From: a virus
Taxonomy: Duplodnaviria > Caudoviricetes
Strand: one strand, 5' to 3'
IMG/VR virus record: IMGVR_UViG_3300030372_003166
Span: 3,188-67,187 of that record
Length of the DNA: 64,000 bases
The position numbers and the translations under genes were made by a program. The notes under the pieces were generated by a model that did no database searches, had not been told where the DNA came from, and saw nothing but the letters and a program-made list of their open reading frames with translations. Below, piece after piece: positions 43,697-54,312 of this stretch (the first letter of the stretch is position 1; each line of letters opens with the position of its first letter).

Positions 43697-46600
43697 TTAG
43701 TATGTTTTTCTATACTTTGCAAGTATTGCAAAGATATTAAATTTTTCTGTGGTTTTCGCACTATATTTTATTTTTGCATACGTTCCTCTTGTTCTACGTT
43801 TGCTTTTTTCTGTTCTTAGAGGTACTCTTAATACTCCATCTAGATATTTGTCTGCTTTTAATCCTCCTATTTCTATCCAATCTATCCAAAATTTAGCGGC
43901 ACCTGTATTACCAACAAGATCTATTCTAATTTGATATATAGTAGATTCATTCCACTCAGGAACAACAGACATGTCCCACTCTAAAATTACATAGTCAGCA
44001 TCTATTCCTCCTACAATATTAACTCCACTAGAATTTTGCCCAAAATCACCCGTACCTAAAGGCTCGGCTATTTGTACCATTCTACTTTCTGCTTCTCCAA
44101 GCATAACATAATTACCTTTTTCTTTTTCTATAGGATCAAACCCTTCCCAATATATCTTTCCTTCCCACTCTGACGAGATGTCTTCTTGCCTCTTAACTTT
44201 CATTCTAATTATATTGTTATACTTACCAGGTAGGTTTATCGGCTCCCCATTTCTATTGTCTGGAGATCTAAATCTTCCATCACCATCATAATGCAACTGA
44301 ACATAAGAACTTCCCGCTCCTCCAGGCATACTCATTCCCTCATAAGCATCGCCATCATAAAAAGACCAGCCATGTGCGGTTCCGTCAAAATCCCATCTTC
44401 TGTTAATTACAAGTTGCTCTGTTTCGTCTAACAACTCAGTTTTGTCATCTAAAACACTTGTTGCTTTTATTGTGTCGTGAGTTATATCTGTAGTGTAGTC
44501 TATAAAACTATAATCAACATGTTTTGGTGTCATTACAATTTGAGCGTTATCAAAAACCTTACTTATAGGTGCTTCTGAATTTACAGTTTTTACTATATAG
44601 CTTTCATCTGGAACAGGGGCTAATCCTGGACTTGTTAGACTTACTTTATTATCTTTTGTTGATGTTCCGTCTATAGGTGAGGTTACTGTTAATAAAGGTC
44701 TTCCATACACCACATCAGTTTTGCCAAAAAAGTGATTTTTCATTTGCAAATTGTGATTGTCCCATAACCATAGTTTTAAAGGGTTGCATCTTCTCACTCT
44801 ATATGTGTCACTTTGATTTGCTCCTGAAAAATTATATGGGAATAAAGACGCTTCTTTGCTTTTACCAGTAGACTCATGAAAGTCAGCTATAGAAACAACG
44901 TTTATTTCGTTTTCTGGACAAAGGATAAAAGACCCTTGTCCTCCTGTCAGCCATTGTGGAGGAGCTACGCTGTATTTAGAGGTAAATGCATTAATAGCTT
45001 CACTATAAACTAGTGTTTCTGAATGTCCTACTGGCTCTCCATCTGTTGAGTTAGCCATTGAGTGATTATCAATTGTTCTAGCAAAAGCTTGTCTTTTATT
45101 GTTTTTATCATTCCACGATGAATTGTGAAATGTTATTAAAAGCTCCTTGTTGGTATAATCGTATACAGATGTTATTCCCAAGAAATTTAATGGATTATCT
45201 GAAAGATAATTTCTGTCTCCATCTGGCTTTTCAACACTGTCTAACATGCCGTAATGTGTGCCATGTAAAACGGATGATGCAACGGTAGTACTACTAGTAT
45301 GAACACCACCAGCAATCCCTCCGCTACCTCCTTTATTTGAACAAATTCTATAAGCTCTTTGCTCCCATTCTTTTATTATATATTTTATATAATTTCTTTG
45401 CCCTAAAGCGTCTCCTAGAGATATTAACTTTTCTGTATCGTACTTAAATAATCTACCAAAATTACTATCTACAAAAAATAAAGACTTTTCACTCATAGCT
45501 ACACTAAACCTATGTCTTGATCCATACCTGGTAGATATATAAATGTGATTTTCTACAGTTTCACCTGTACCTGTAAATAATGATGTTCCAGCATCGTCAC
45601 TAAGCATTGATAGAGGGTTAACAAGAAGTTTAGAAAAAGCAGAGTCTTGTAGAACGTATATTTCATTTCTAAAGTTTACTATTCTATTTATTTCTCCGTA
45701 CAACCCTTCCATATTGTGGAATTGGTTAATAGGGAATTGTCTGAATGCGTCAGATTCTTGTCCTAATATTTTTGTATTTGAATAAGCAATCTCATAAGGC
45801 AAATCTAAGCTTATTTGAAATTTCTTTTCATCAACTAAAAGACCAGATCGTATATTATTTTCTTGTGAATAAATACTATTATACAACCAGTCATTACTGT
45901 AAGGTTTTGCGTTTATGTCTTTTCCTACTACTGTGTCACCTGCGTTTAATGTCAATCCGCTTCTCATATCTGTATTAACAAAAGACTCTACAGGGAATAC
46001 CTGCCATCTAGATGCAGATTTTTTCATGTAAGGGCTAGATGTTTTTTGGTGAGAATATAAATTTACAAATGTATCTCCTCCAAACACCTGTGAAGCATGG
46101 CCCTGCATTTCCCCATTAGATTCTCCTATTGGATGAAAGTTACCACATGGAATATATCTTGTTTTTTCTATAGCCCCTTTGTTGTATCCTCCATACGGTG
46201 TTACTTTTCTTACTATAGAGCAAAGATATTTATAAGGAACATAACTTCTACCTCTTTGATACACTTTTAAATCCCCTTCATCATAATTTTCAGTACCCAT
46301 CAAAGACCCCGCCTCATCAACACCTCTAGAAGAAAGAAAACCAGTTCTGTATGGCATTATATAGCGTCCGTGTTGAAGATTTGAGTTAAGACCTGTTGAG
46401 GTCCCTGTTTGCGTGACATTGTTCCAAGTTTTTCCCTCCCAGCATCCATGCTCATACAAGGCTCCCACGTTTACTGGAGCAAACCAAGAGGCGTATCTCC
46501 TATTCATTCTATTTTCAAAAAATGACGTACCCTGCCCGCTTAATCTTACAACAGAGCAACGATTGTCTACCTCTACTAAAATACTTCTTAATCCCATTTG

Positions 46601-49600
46601 CAAGGTAGATACAGTATCATAATCGTAATCAGCCTCTTTTACATCATCCCGTGCGGTTCCGCTGTTATCGCTTTTATCAGGTAGATGTTTTGCTACCGAC
46701 CCAAAAGTATTAAACCATGAATTGTCGTCTTTTGTTCCGCTAGGGTGTACATATTCTGCTTTATTTACAAAACCTAATGTGTTATTAGAAAAGCCAGAAA
46801 CTTTGCCCTCGCTAACTCTTTTTGACACTTTGAAAAAACCACTCGGTACAATTTCTCCATCAGAGATTTCTTTTGATGCCGATATAGGTAATTGCCAACC
46901 ATAGCCTTTTCTAGGCGCATCGTTTGTGCTATCGCTTGCAGAGCCACTTTGTGATGCAAAAGTTCTTCCTCCATTAATTTCCATACCAATAGCAAAGTAT
47001 GGGTCATATGAATAATATTTTCCTACTAGCACACTATAGTCTTTATCTACATCTTTTCTTGTACAAAAATTTAGAGCCGTTTTACGCACCATGCCATAAT
47101 ACTTTGGCTCCCAATAAGATTTTAAGTCGTTACCTGCAGTTCTCGCGATGTTGTCTTGCGCCTCATAAGATTCGTTTGTATTTGTTCTGTTGTGACTAAA
47201 CGCGCCATGCGGATTGTTAGCTGCCCCTGCTCTGTTTTCATATCTACGCTCGTCTGATAATTTTAAAATGTCATCAATTCTTAACATATCGCCTTCCCTA
47301 AAAACATAAGGTCTGATTCCAAACGCGCTATCAGGAGCATCTAATGTAAAAATATTTCCGCTTATTTCTGGTCTATTCCTTAAATCGTCATAAATTTTTT
47401 CTACATCTGAATCGTGAGATGCATACATTGCCATTTTATCAAATCCGCCAAAGTAACCACTGTGCCTAAAATGTTCGCCGTGTGTCCCTGGTCCCGCATA
47501 TTTTTTATTAAGTGCTTGATTAAGGTTTTCTCCTTGTCCTCTTGGTTGTTGTATGCCGATATAATTTAGTCCAGGAGCATAAATTCTTGCGTCTTCCCTT
47601 TCTGGCCAATAAAATATTTCCCCCGCTGTATTCCCTCCTGTTGTTGTTTTACCTGTGGTTTCGCCGTCCTTATACCAAGCCATAAAAGAATGCTCAGCAA
47701 GGCCTAAGTAACCATTTAGATATACATTATATTCAGGCTGCTCCACTTCTGTTGGTGCCGTCCCATCAGCTGTATATTCATTTACAAAAACTGGGTCATC
47801 ACCAAAAGCCTCATTGTCTTTTTGCGAAAATTTTCCTATACCATATCCGTATCTTGATCCTAGCTCTGCATTTCCATACTGGGCAGTTTGATTTAACAGT
47901 CCTTGCTGCACTATTCTCCTGTCTTCTTCTTTCCTTTCTGCTCTTACCACCCTAAATCCAGATATTTTTTTACAAACGTTATCAGGTATTATAAACTCAA
48001 AACTTGCGTATAAATCAAATAAAAGATGAGTGTCGCTGTGATTAAGAACTTGCGCGCCACCTTGTTCTGGTTTGTAAGCTGTTACTGCTTTTATTAATCC
48101 TTCTGCGCCATCTAAGTTATTTACGAAATTACCTGTATCTGTTGGTAATCGGTCTTGCACCGAGCCATCATCTTTTATATATGCATCTAAATTTTGAAAA
48201 GAAGTATTTCCTCTTGCAGAAAACCACTCTACGTCAACTGCAGGTATAACATGTCCATAAATAAAAGAAAGTCTATGGTCTCTAATTAATGTTGGCGCTA
48301 TTATATTTTTTGAATCTACCAAATCTGTATGATTGTAGGTGGAAGTTATTCCTGTATAAGTTGGCATAAATGGACTGTATCCCGCACTTCCAGCCGTTGA
48401 TTTCTTTTTTATATTTACCATTCTAGCCACATCATACATATGTGGAGTTTCCACATCTCCTATCCATAAAACGTTACCAGGTGATCCGTTTAAATCATAT
48501 ATCTGCACTCCAAACCTATATATCTCTCCTCTTTGATAACCCCTAGTGTTTCCAGCTAAGTGTGGATCTTTCGTTCCCCCTAAGGACATAGAAGCTTTAA
48601 ATGTAGTTCCTGAATTTATTGGAGTTCCGTCGTGGTACTCTCCAAATTCTGTTGCAATTACCCCCTCCCTAGCTGTTGATGATATAAAAGGAGATGAAAA
48701 TGCATTTTGCGCTATATCTGCAGTTTTTTCTTCTACCCCAAATGAAACACGACAACCACCTAACTCATTTACACCGTAGTTATAGCTTTCTGCTCCTACT
48801 GTCATTCTATCAGATAAATATTTGTAAGTAAAGCTACCTATAGGTTTAAAGCCATTAGCACCACCCTGTAAAATAGGTTCACATCTTTGGCTAGAAATAG
48901 CTGTTGCCCACATTGGCACATTCAAATTTCCGTCAAAGTTAAAGTGCGTATTTGTTGAAGCAGGATACATGCCGTCATCTTGTCCCAGTAACTGCCCATA
49001 CCCAACCCTATCTCCTCTGGCGTCCGTAACGTCGTATTCTACACTGTTGTTATTTATAGAAACGGCATCGCCAGATGAATTTAATTTATAGTGCTTTACT
49101 TCAGGATCGTTAGTAGTTAACATAGCGTCTAGACGGTCAGACTGTCCTGGTTTTATTCTCCATCTTAAAACTTTTACATTCCATTCTTTTTCAGAAATAA
49201 AATTTCTTTTTTGCCTTAAATTGGCAGCAAATAAAATATTATCTTTGATTGCTATATCCTTGCAAACGTCAAATGTGTTTGATTCTATTAATATTTCTTC
49301 TAACCCATTATCAACTTCGTTATTCCAAGTGGTATGTTGAAAAACGCTGTTAGACGAAGTAATGGTGTTTCTAGAGACAACAGCAACTCTTGGTGGCGCA
49401 TTAAATTCATCATAAAATAATGAGTATAGCTCTATGTATTGAAAGTTTTGATCAATATCAGCAACAGATATTTGAAACCCTTGTGTTCCTACGTTGCCTT
49501 TTGGCCCTCCAGCGTATTCTGATGAATTACTAAAACCTTGATCTGATACGTGATACAAATTACTTAATGGTGAAAAAGTTGTTTCTCCTCCGTTTTCTGA

Positions 49601-50446
49601 CAAAAGTTTATAAGCATACTGATAAACACCGACTGGCAAAGATCCAAATAAATTTAGGTCCAGTGCTGGTTGAGAAGGTTTCATCAAAGGTGTTATATCT
49701 AACGACTTTATAGTAATATCAACTAAATTTGGAAAGTTTTTTATATTTAGAGTTCTCAAAGGGTTTTTATTATCAGTCCAATACACCCTAGAAATTCTTT
49801 CATTTTCTACAATGTGTTCCATTCTAACTGGAGTGTCAATATCCATTCCAAGGTCAGGGTATTGGAATCCCGAGGTGTTATAACAAACTCTTAAATCAGT
49901 AACTTTTTTTACCTTAAACTCATGGTCAAAATCTACCAGCAAAAATATAGTCCTGTCTATTTCTGTGTTTTCGTCTGAATAATTAGTCTCTGTACTTGCT
50001 ACTGTAGAAGATATAGGATTCGGATAATTTCTATCCCATTCAAACCTTCCTACTAACATTAACAATAGTTGATTGGCATACGAAACATGTCCTACAATAG
50101 AACACCTATTGTCTATTTTTAAGTTGCTTGACATGGGATTGTTAAATGGACCTCTATCGTAAAATGTTGGGTAGTTGTTTGCTGATATTGGCCCGTCAGG
50201 ATCAGGATATTCAGCATATATAGGGTAATTAGCTAAGTCTACAAACAGGCTGTTGCCCTCTATGTTTTCTACAGTAAATGTATCTCCTTCAGAATTTGTA
50301 AGTCTAATATTTTTTGCGTCTGAATAACTACCACTTAATTGAAAATGCGGATCAAGATCACTAACCATTCCATGCGTGAAGCTTTCTGGTGCCGAGACCC
50401 CCTTTTGTTGTGGCGGCGCTTGTCCTTGTCTATTTTTTTTTGCCAT
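43697..50446 (-). CDS. tail stabilisation/muzzle protein (P22 gp10-like, crAss-type), very large
   Basis: N-terminal SFTHGMVSDLDP...AKNIR; YQYAYK, GYQRGEIYRFGV, QVFGGDTF, FHNMEGLYGEI motifs; position after the tail tube gene. Confidence 0.8.
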   Translation of the reverse strand: MAKKNRQGQAPPQQKGVSAPESFTHGMVSDLDPHFQLSGSYSDAKNIRLTNSEGDTFTVENIEGNSLFVDLANYPIYAEYPDPDGPISANNYPTFYDRGPFNNPMSSNLKIDNRCSIVGHVSYANQLLLMLVGRFEWDRNYPNPISSTVASTETNYSDENTEIDRTIFLLVDFDHEFKVKKVTDLRVCYNTSGFQYPDLGMDIDTPVRMEHIVENERISRVYWTDNKNPLRTLNIKNFPNLVDITIKSLDITPLMKPSQPALDLNLFGSLPVGVYQYAYKLLSENGGETTFSPLSNLYHVSDQGFSNSSEYAGGPKGNVGTQGFQISVADIDQNFQYIELYSLFYDEFNAPPRVAVVSRNTITSSNSVFQHTTWNNEVDNGLEEILIESNTFDVCKDIAIKDNILFAANLRQKRNFISEKEWNVKVLRWRIKPGQSDRLDAMLTTNDPEVKHYKLNSSGDAVSINNNSVEYDVTDARGDRVGYGQLLGQDDGMYPASTNTHFNFDGNLNVPMWATAISSQRCEPILQGGANGFKPIGSFTYKYLSDRMTVGAESYNYGVNELGGCRVSFGVEEKTADIAQNAFSSPFISSTAREGVIATEFGEYHDGTPINSGTTFKASMSLGGTKDPHLAGNTRGYQRGEIYRFGVQIYDLNGSPGNVLWIGDVETPHMYDVARMVNIKKKSTAGSAGYSPFMPTYTGITSTYNHTDLVDSKNIIAPTLIRDHRLSFIYGHVIPAVDVEWFSARGNTSFQNLDAYIKDDGSVQDRLPTDTGNFVNNLDGAEGLIKAVTAYKPEQGGAQVLNHSDTHLLFDLYASFEFIIPDNVCKKISGFRVVRAERKEEDRRIVQQGLLNQTAQYGNAELGSRYGYGIGKFSQKDNEAFGDDPVFVNEYTADGTAPTEVEQPEYNVYLNGYLGLAEHSFMAWYKDGETTGKTTTGGNTAGEIFYWPEREDARIYAPGLNYIGIQQPRGQGENLNQALNKKYAGPGTHGEHFRHSGYFGGFDKMAMYASHDSDVEKIYDDLRNRPEISGNIFTLDAPDSAFGIRPYVFREGDMLRIDDILKLSDERRYENRAGAANNPHGAFSHNRTNTNESYEAQDNIARTAGNDLKSYWEPKYYGMVRKTALNFCTRKDVDKDYSVLVGKYYSYDPYFAIGMEINGGRTFASQSGSASDSTNDAPRKGYGWQLPISASKEISDGEIVPSGFFKVSKRVSEGKVSGFSNNTLGFVNKAEYVHPSGTKDDNSWFNTFGSVAKHLPDKSDNSGTARDDVKEADYDYDTVSTLQMGLRSILVEVDNRCSVVRLSGQGTSFFENRMNRRYASWFAPVNVGALYEHGCWEGKTWNNVTQTGTSTGLNSNLQHGRYIMPYRTGFLSSRGVDEAGSLMGTENYDEGDLKVYQRGRSYVPYKYLCSIVRKVTPYGGYNKGAIEKTRYIPCGNFHPIGESNGEMQGHASQVFGGDTFVNLYSHQKTSSPYMKKSASRWQVFPVESFVNTDMRSGLTLNAGDTVVGKDINAKPYSNDWLYNSIYSQENNIRSGLLVDEKKFQISLDLPYEIAYSNTKILGQESDAFRQFPINQFHNMEGLYGEINRIVNFRNEIYVLQDSAFSKLLVNPLSMLSDDAGTSLFTGTGETVENHIYISTRYGSRHRFSVAMSEKSLFFVDSNFGRLFKYDTEKLISLGDALGQRNYIKYIIKEWEQRAYRICSNKGGSGGIAGGVHTSSTTVASSVLHGTHYGMLDSVEKPDGDRNYLSDNPLNFLGITSVYDYTNKELLITFHNSSWNDKNNKRQAFARTIDNHSMANSTDGEPVGHSETLVYSEAINAFTSKYSVAPPQWLTGGQGSFILCPENEINVVSIADFHESTGKSKEASLFPYNFSGANQSDTYRVRRCNPLKLWLWDNHNLQMKNHFFGKTDVVYGRPLLTVTSPIDGTSTKDNKVSLTSPGLAPVPDESYIVKTVNSEAPISKVFDNAQIVMTPKHVDYSFIDYTTDITHDTIKATSVLDDKTELLDETEQLVINRRWDFDGTAHGWSFYDGDAYEGMSMPGGAGSSYVQLHYDGDGRFRSPDNRNGEPINLPGKYNNIIRMKVKRQEDISSEWEGKIYWEGFDPIEKEKGNYVMLGEAESRMVQIAEPLGTGDFGQNSSGVNIVGGIDADYVILEWDMSVVPEWNESTIYQIRIDLVGNTGAAKFWIDWIEIGGLKADKYLDGVLRVPLRTEKSKRRTRGTYAKIKYSAKTTEKFNIFAILAKYRKTY

Positions 50447-50447
50447 T

Positions 50448-51566
50448 TTAGAAATCTATTAAACTACTTCTATCATTTGTAATAGGCACTAATGTATTCC
50501 ACATATTTCCTATTTGCTTTAATTCTTCGGATGTAGGCATACTATCATCTCCTCTGGCTTTACCACAAAGCTGATACCATCTTTTTTCTAATTCCTTTGT
50601 AATATATTGTGGAAGTTTTCCGTTATAAAATTCAATCAATTTCATTTGCCACATTATATATTGCGCTACTGCTGTTTCATGACCCTCTTTTATCATAGGC
50701 CAACCTCTAGCGTCAGTAGGGTATGCCAAATAATTTATAGTAATTTCACTTACATCATCGTGCAATATATTTAATCTGTTTCCATCTACATAATATCTAA
50801 ACGCTCTTTGTTGTGAGTCGTTATCTGTTTTTCCTACCCTGCCTCTATGAACAGCAGATGTTTTTTTAATAGATGCATGTTCGTAAGTTGAATCATCTGT
50901 TCCAACCCTAACTCCTAATAGCTTTAGATTATCTTCTGGTAATATTATTTGCTGATTTCTGTATATCCCCTTTCCTCCTGTTAACGTTAATCCACTAACC
51001 TTTGCATTGGCATTATCTGATGATAAAGTATAATCATTTCCATAAGGCCCTATTTCTTTTGCTGTAATAGTTAAAGTTCCTGCAGTTGTGTCAACAGCAT
51101 AATCAGCAATATTTAATGCATCTGGATAGTGCCATGTTGGACTGTAGTCTGTCATAGATCCAGTCATAGGACTTGTAGTGGTTCCAACAAATCCTTTTAA
51201 TCTTTGAAGTAATCCGTATGGACTTGTAGCTGTATCTGTAAGAGTTAAAGCTAACGTAGTATCTATTTTAGATTCATTTATTCCTTTTGCTTCACCCCGA
51301 TTAGTAGCATTTTTAAAAAATATATCTACACCATTTAATGTAATAGAATCTCCAGATGTTGGGTTTGCAGCAAATGTTATAGTTCCTGAGGCTTTTGCTC
51401 CAGAGGCGTCATATGTAACTTCTTTTTGTATAAAAGTATCAACACTACCAATAAGTTTTTCTGCTTCATAAGCCCACTCTATCCAGCTATTGGTATATCT
51501 AGTAAAGTCTTCTAAACCTAGATTTCTAGATACCGTTGTAAATACTCTATCTATATTTATATGCAT
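50448..51566 (-). CDS. tail tubular/ring protein with internal insertion
   Basis: IDRVFTTVSRNL...WIEWAYEAEKLIG and YLAYPTDARGWPMI...AVAQYI; follows IHF as in the crAss gene order. Confidence 0.7.
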   Translation of the reverse strand: MHINIDRVFTTVSRNLGLEDFTRYTNSWIEWAYEAEKLIGSVDTFIQKEVTYDASGAKASGTITFAANPTSGDSITLNGVDIFFKNATNRGEAKGINESKIDTTLALTLTDTATSPYGLLQRLKGFVGTTTSPMTGSMTDYSPTWHYPDALNIADYAVDTTAGTLTITAKEIGPYGNDYTLSSDNANAKVSGLTLTGGKGIYRNQQIILPEDNLKLLGVRVGTDDSTYEHASIKKTSAVHRGRVGKTDNDSQQRAFRYYVDGNRLNILHDDVSEITINYLAYPTDARGWPMIKEGHETAVAQYIMWQMKLIEFYNGKLPQYITKELEKRWYQLCGKARGDDSMPTSEELKQIGNMWNTLVPITNDRSSLIDF

Positions 51567-51576
51567 AATTTACTTT

Positions 51577-52041
51577 TTATACAGAAGCAATAAACACTTC
51601 TAGTTGATGACTGGCTACTCCTTTTACCTTAAGAGCTGTTGCATTGTCTAAGGTAGTACCGCCATTACCCCCCTCGCATGTAGTTCCTGTATACATAATA
51701 CTGCTATTCGCAGCAACAGATGTGTAGGCCGCATCAGAAGATTCATCATCTAAACCAACTTGCAAAGCGTCTGTTCCATCTAGATTCGTCACCCTTATAT
51801 ATCTTATATCAGCTCTTACGAAAGCCCCATCTGCAGTTGTACTGCCAAAGGTAGCTACCTCTGTCAAATTTGTGTTTGCTAATTTAATAATTCTTTTTGA
51901 AGTATTTATAATACTGCCAAAGGTATGCGTGTATGTTTGTGCAAAATCTAAATTATCTGTAGACCCGTTGTCGTGTCCTACAGCTAATGATTCTGTTATT
52001 GTTACTGTTAGCGTTGCCGCATTTAAATCAGTATCTGCCAT
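51577..52041 (-). CDS. small beta-rich virion protein (paralogue family A)
   Basis: LTVTITESL...RYIRVTNLD motif. Confidence 0.65.
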   Translation of the reverse strand: MADTDLNAATLTVTITESLAVGHDNGSTDNLDFAQTYTHTFGSIINTSKRIIKLANTNLTEVATFGSTTADGAFVRADIRYIRVTNLDGTDALQVGLDDESSDAAYTSVAANSSIMYTGTTCEGGNGGTTLDNATALKVKGVASHQLEVFIASV

Positions 52042-52046
52042 ATTTT

Positions 52047-52481
52047 CTAATTTTTATTTATTAATTTTTTTGAATACCCTAAAGAGAGTATTTTACAATT
52101 TCCATATTTAGAAGGCCTCACCCAAACTAATGTTTTGTAAAAGTCATCTAAAATAGGGACCTTGTAAAAAACAGTTTTTCCTTTTTCTTTTGTCACTCTG
52201 TTGTCCACGCGCACGTGAAAAGCTCTATCATGTGGCTTTTCTTCAAGACAAACATAACCCATTTTGCTTGGCAAATCTACCAAACGATTTCTTTCAACCA
52301 CATCTCTTATCAATATTTCAAAAAATCTTTTAATTATACTGTAATATATTTGATAATCAATACTTCTATTTACTTTTTTCTTTCTTTTATTACAATATAA
52401 AATATGTTTACCAAAAGAACTTTTTATATCTTCGTATATGTCTCTTATTGAAACATATTTGTCTTTATACTTATGCCCCAC
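52047..52481 (-). CDS. IHF/HU-like protein of the crAss structural module
   Basis: IIKRFFEILIRDVV...VDLPSKMGYV; conserved position between ring-protein genes. Confidence 0.7.
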   Translation of the reverse strand: MGHKYKDKYVSIRDIYEDIKSSFGKHILYCNKRKKKVNRSIDYQIYYSIIKRFFEILIRDVVERNRLVDLPSKMGYVCLEEKPHDRAFHVRVDNRVTKEKGKTVFYKVPILDDFYKTLVWVRPSKYGNCKILSLGYSKKLINKN

Positions 52482-53337
52482 TTGCTCTCATTTTCATATT
52501 ATCATCAGCCCCATCGGTCATCTCATCTGCTCTAGTTTTTAGCTCAACCTGAACTTCTGTTTGTAAAACCCTTTGAACTAAATCTCCTACATATTGTGCG
52601 GGAATAGGGTATGGCGAAGTTTTGTCATCAAAACCATCTATCTCAGTAGGGTTTTGTAATATAGCCGCATAATAAGAGTGGTATATATATCTAAGATTTT
52701 CCCCTCCTGGAGTTTCTAGATCGCCATAATAATTTGGACTGTCTTGCAGGCCATATATTTCTATTCTCATTTTTCCCGAAGGTCGTAAGCCTGTGTTCAT
52801 GCTATCAGGATTACGTTCAATTATATAAAAAGGATTATCGTTGTTTGTAAATTTGTTAAAGTCTCCATAAGCCATTTCTGATTGAAATTTTCTGTAAACT
52901 TTTATTGGTGATGAGTAAGCTGAAGTTTTACTGTTAGCCGAATCATATATCGCTCTCATCACTGAAACCTCTTTTATTGCTGCATCATGTGGAAGCATAA
53001 TAACTTCTGGTATTGTGATGTTTATCCATCCTTGATTTCTAAATCCTCCTTTATTTTGCTTGCTATTTTTTCTTAAAGTAGAAGTTCCATAAAAATTAGT
53101 AGTGGAAAAATTATATCGCAGCGTGGGAAGCACACCAGGTGTAGGGGCGTTAAAGGCTATTTGATACAAAGCTTGATTATTTGTAATTCCTTTATCTATA
53201 TTATCAGCGATAAGTTTGGCCCTATGATAATGTATCCAATGTTTTATCTGATTTGTACTTATATTATTCTCTGTGCTATTTTTACCTCCATACGCAAGGT
53301 TTTTAATATTATAAGCTATTTCATTTAATGTGATCAT
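52471..53337 (-). CDS. crAss-type tail ring/adaptor protein
   Basis: MITLNEIAYNIK...ISTNQIKHWIHYHRAKLI...YPIPAQY; TAATTTTG upstream at 53359-53366. Confidence 0.7.
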   Translation of the reverse strand: MITLNEIAYNIKNLAYGGKNSTENNISTNQIKHWIHYHRAKLIADNIDKGITNNQALYQIAFNAPTPGVLPTLRYNFSTTNFYGTSTLRKNSKQNKGGFRNQGWINITIPEVIMLPHDAAIKEVSVMRAIYDSANSKTSAYSSPIKVYRKFQSEMAYGDFNKFTNNDNPFYIIERNPDSMNTGLRPSGKMRIEIYGLQDSPNYYGDLETPGGENLRYIYHSYYAAILQNPTEIDGFDDKTSPYPIPAQYVGDLVQRVLQTEVQVELKTRADEMTDGADDNMKMRASGA

Positions 53338-53382
53338 TAGGCGTATTTTAGGTCTTTACAAAATTAGTTAAATTTTCTGTAT

Positions 53383-53424
53383 AAAACAAAAATAGGCCTT
53401 GACTATTTCTAGTCTTAACCTATT
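53383..53424 (-). terminator. intrinsic terminator
   Basis: Minus strand AATAGG-TTAA-GACTA-GAAA-TAGTC-AAGG-CCTATT then TTTGTTTT. Confidence 0.7.
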
Positions 53425-53463
53425 CTTGCAGCAGGGAGCAAAAGAACTCTCTTCAAATATCAT

Positions 53464-54309
53464 TTATTCTGTACTAGGGGTCATTAGCCCTATATCAACT
53501 TTTGTCATTTTACTTACAGCCAATTCTACTATTTGTCTTTGATAATGCTCAGTAAAAACTAATGGTGGTGGAACTGATGAACTCTCCCTCGTATCACTAG
53601 AAAAAGCCTGTTCTACTGTAGGTAGCGTTATTGTCTCCATATCAACTCTTGCTATGTTTTTTCGCGGCTCTATCATTATACAGTTTTCGCTGTATGTCCA
53701 TTGCGCTCCCAGTCCAGAATCAGGATAGTAAATTTCTCCATCTCCTATTCCATTAAAAGGATCTCCAGACGTTCTGTCTTCACGATACTGCCTTATAGAT
53801 TTGTTTTTAACTTGTATAGGCTTATAAAAAACAACATCGCTTTCACTAACAGTTACAGCAGCTGTTGTTCCCGCCGCTGGAGTAGTTATTAATGCGGTTC
53901 CATCTGATGGATCTATAACGTCATCAAAGTTGTAATAAGTTACTATTAATGACAAAACATACAAATGTTGTTTTGGCAGAGCATATTGATTTCCATATAT
54001 CCAATAACCTTTAATATCTGACGCGGAGTCATCCTCATATTTTTCTGACAAGGCTGGGGCTTTATATGAAGTAAAAACATAAGATCCGCTAATAATGTTT
54101 GCGGCAGTCAAACTAAAAGCATTATAGTCCACACATCCTGACAAAGCTCTTCTTGCGTCTTCATCAGTGGCTATTTTTTGATAGTTTATATTAATAAAGT
54201 CAGATATTGCTAAGCTTAAGAATTTATTTTTTTCTTCTTCTGTAAAATAAGGTTGATCTGCTTTGTCTAAAAGCAAGTCCATATATTCAAAAGCTTCGTT
54301 TAATGTCAT
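53464..54309 (-). CDS. crAss-type tail ring/adaptor protein
   Basis: MTLNEAFEYMDLLLDK...FTEEEKNKFL...EHYQRQIVELAV. Confidence 0.7.
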   Translation of the reverse strand: MTLNEAFEYMDLLLDKADQPYFTEEEKNKFLSLAISDFININYQKIATDEDARRALSGCVDYNAFSLTAANIISGSYVFTSYKAPALSEKYEDDSASDIKGYWIYGNQYALPKQHLYVLSLIVTYYNFDDVIDPSDGTALITTPAAGTTAAVTVSESDVVFYKPIQVKNKSIRQYREDRTSGDPFNGIGDGEIYYPDSGLGAQWTYSENCIMIEPRKNIARVDMETITLPTVEQAFSSDTRESSSVPPPLVFTEHYQRQIVELAVSKMTKVDIGLMTPSTE

Positions 54310-54312
54310 GTA

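Noticed and set aside
26630-50446. Numerous 60-165 aa plus-strand ORFs inside the giant minus-strand genes
   Set aside because: Antisense shadows with composition dictated by the sense codons, no leaders, full overlap with well-supported genes.
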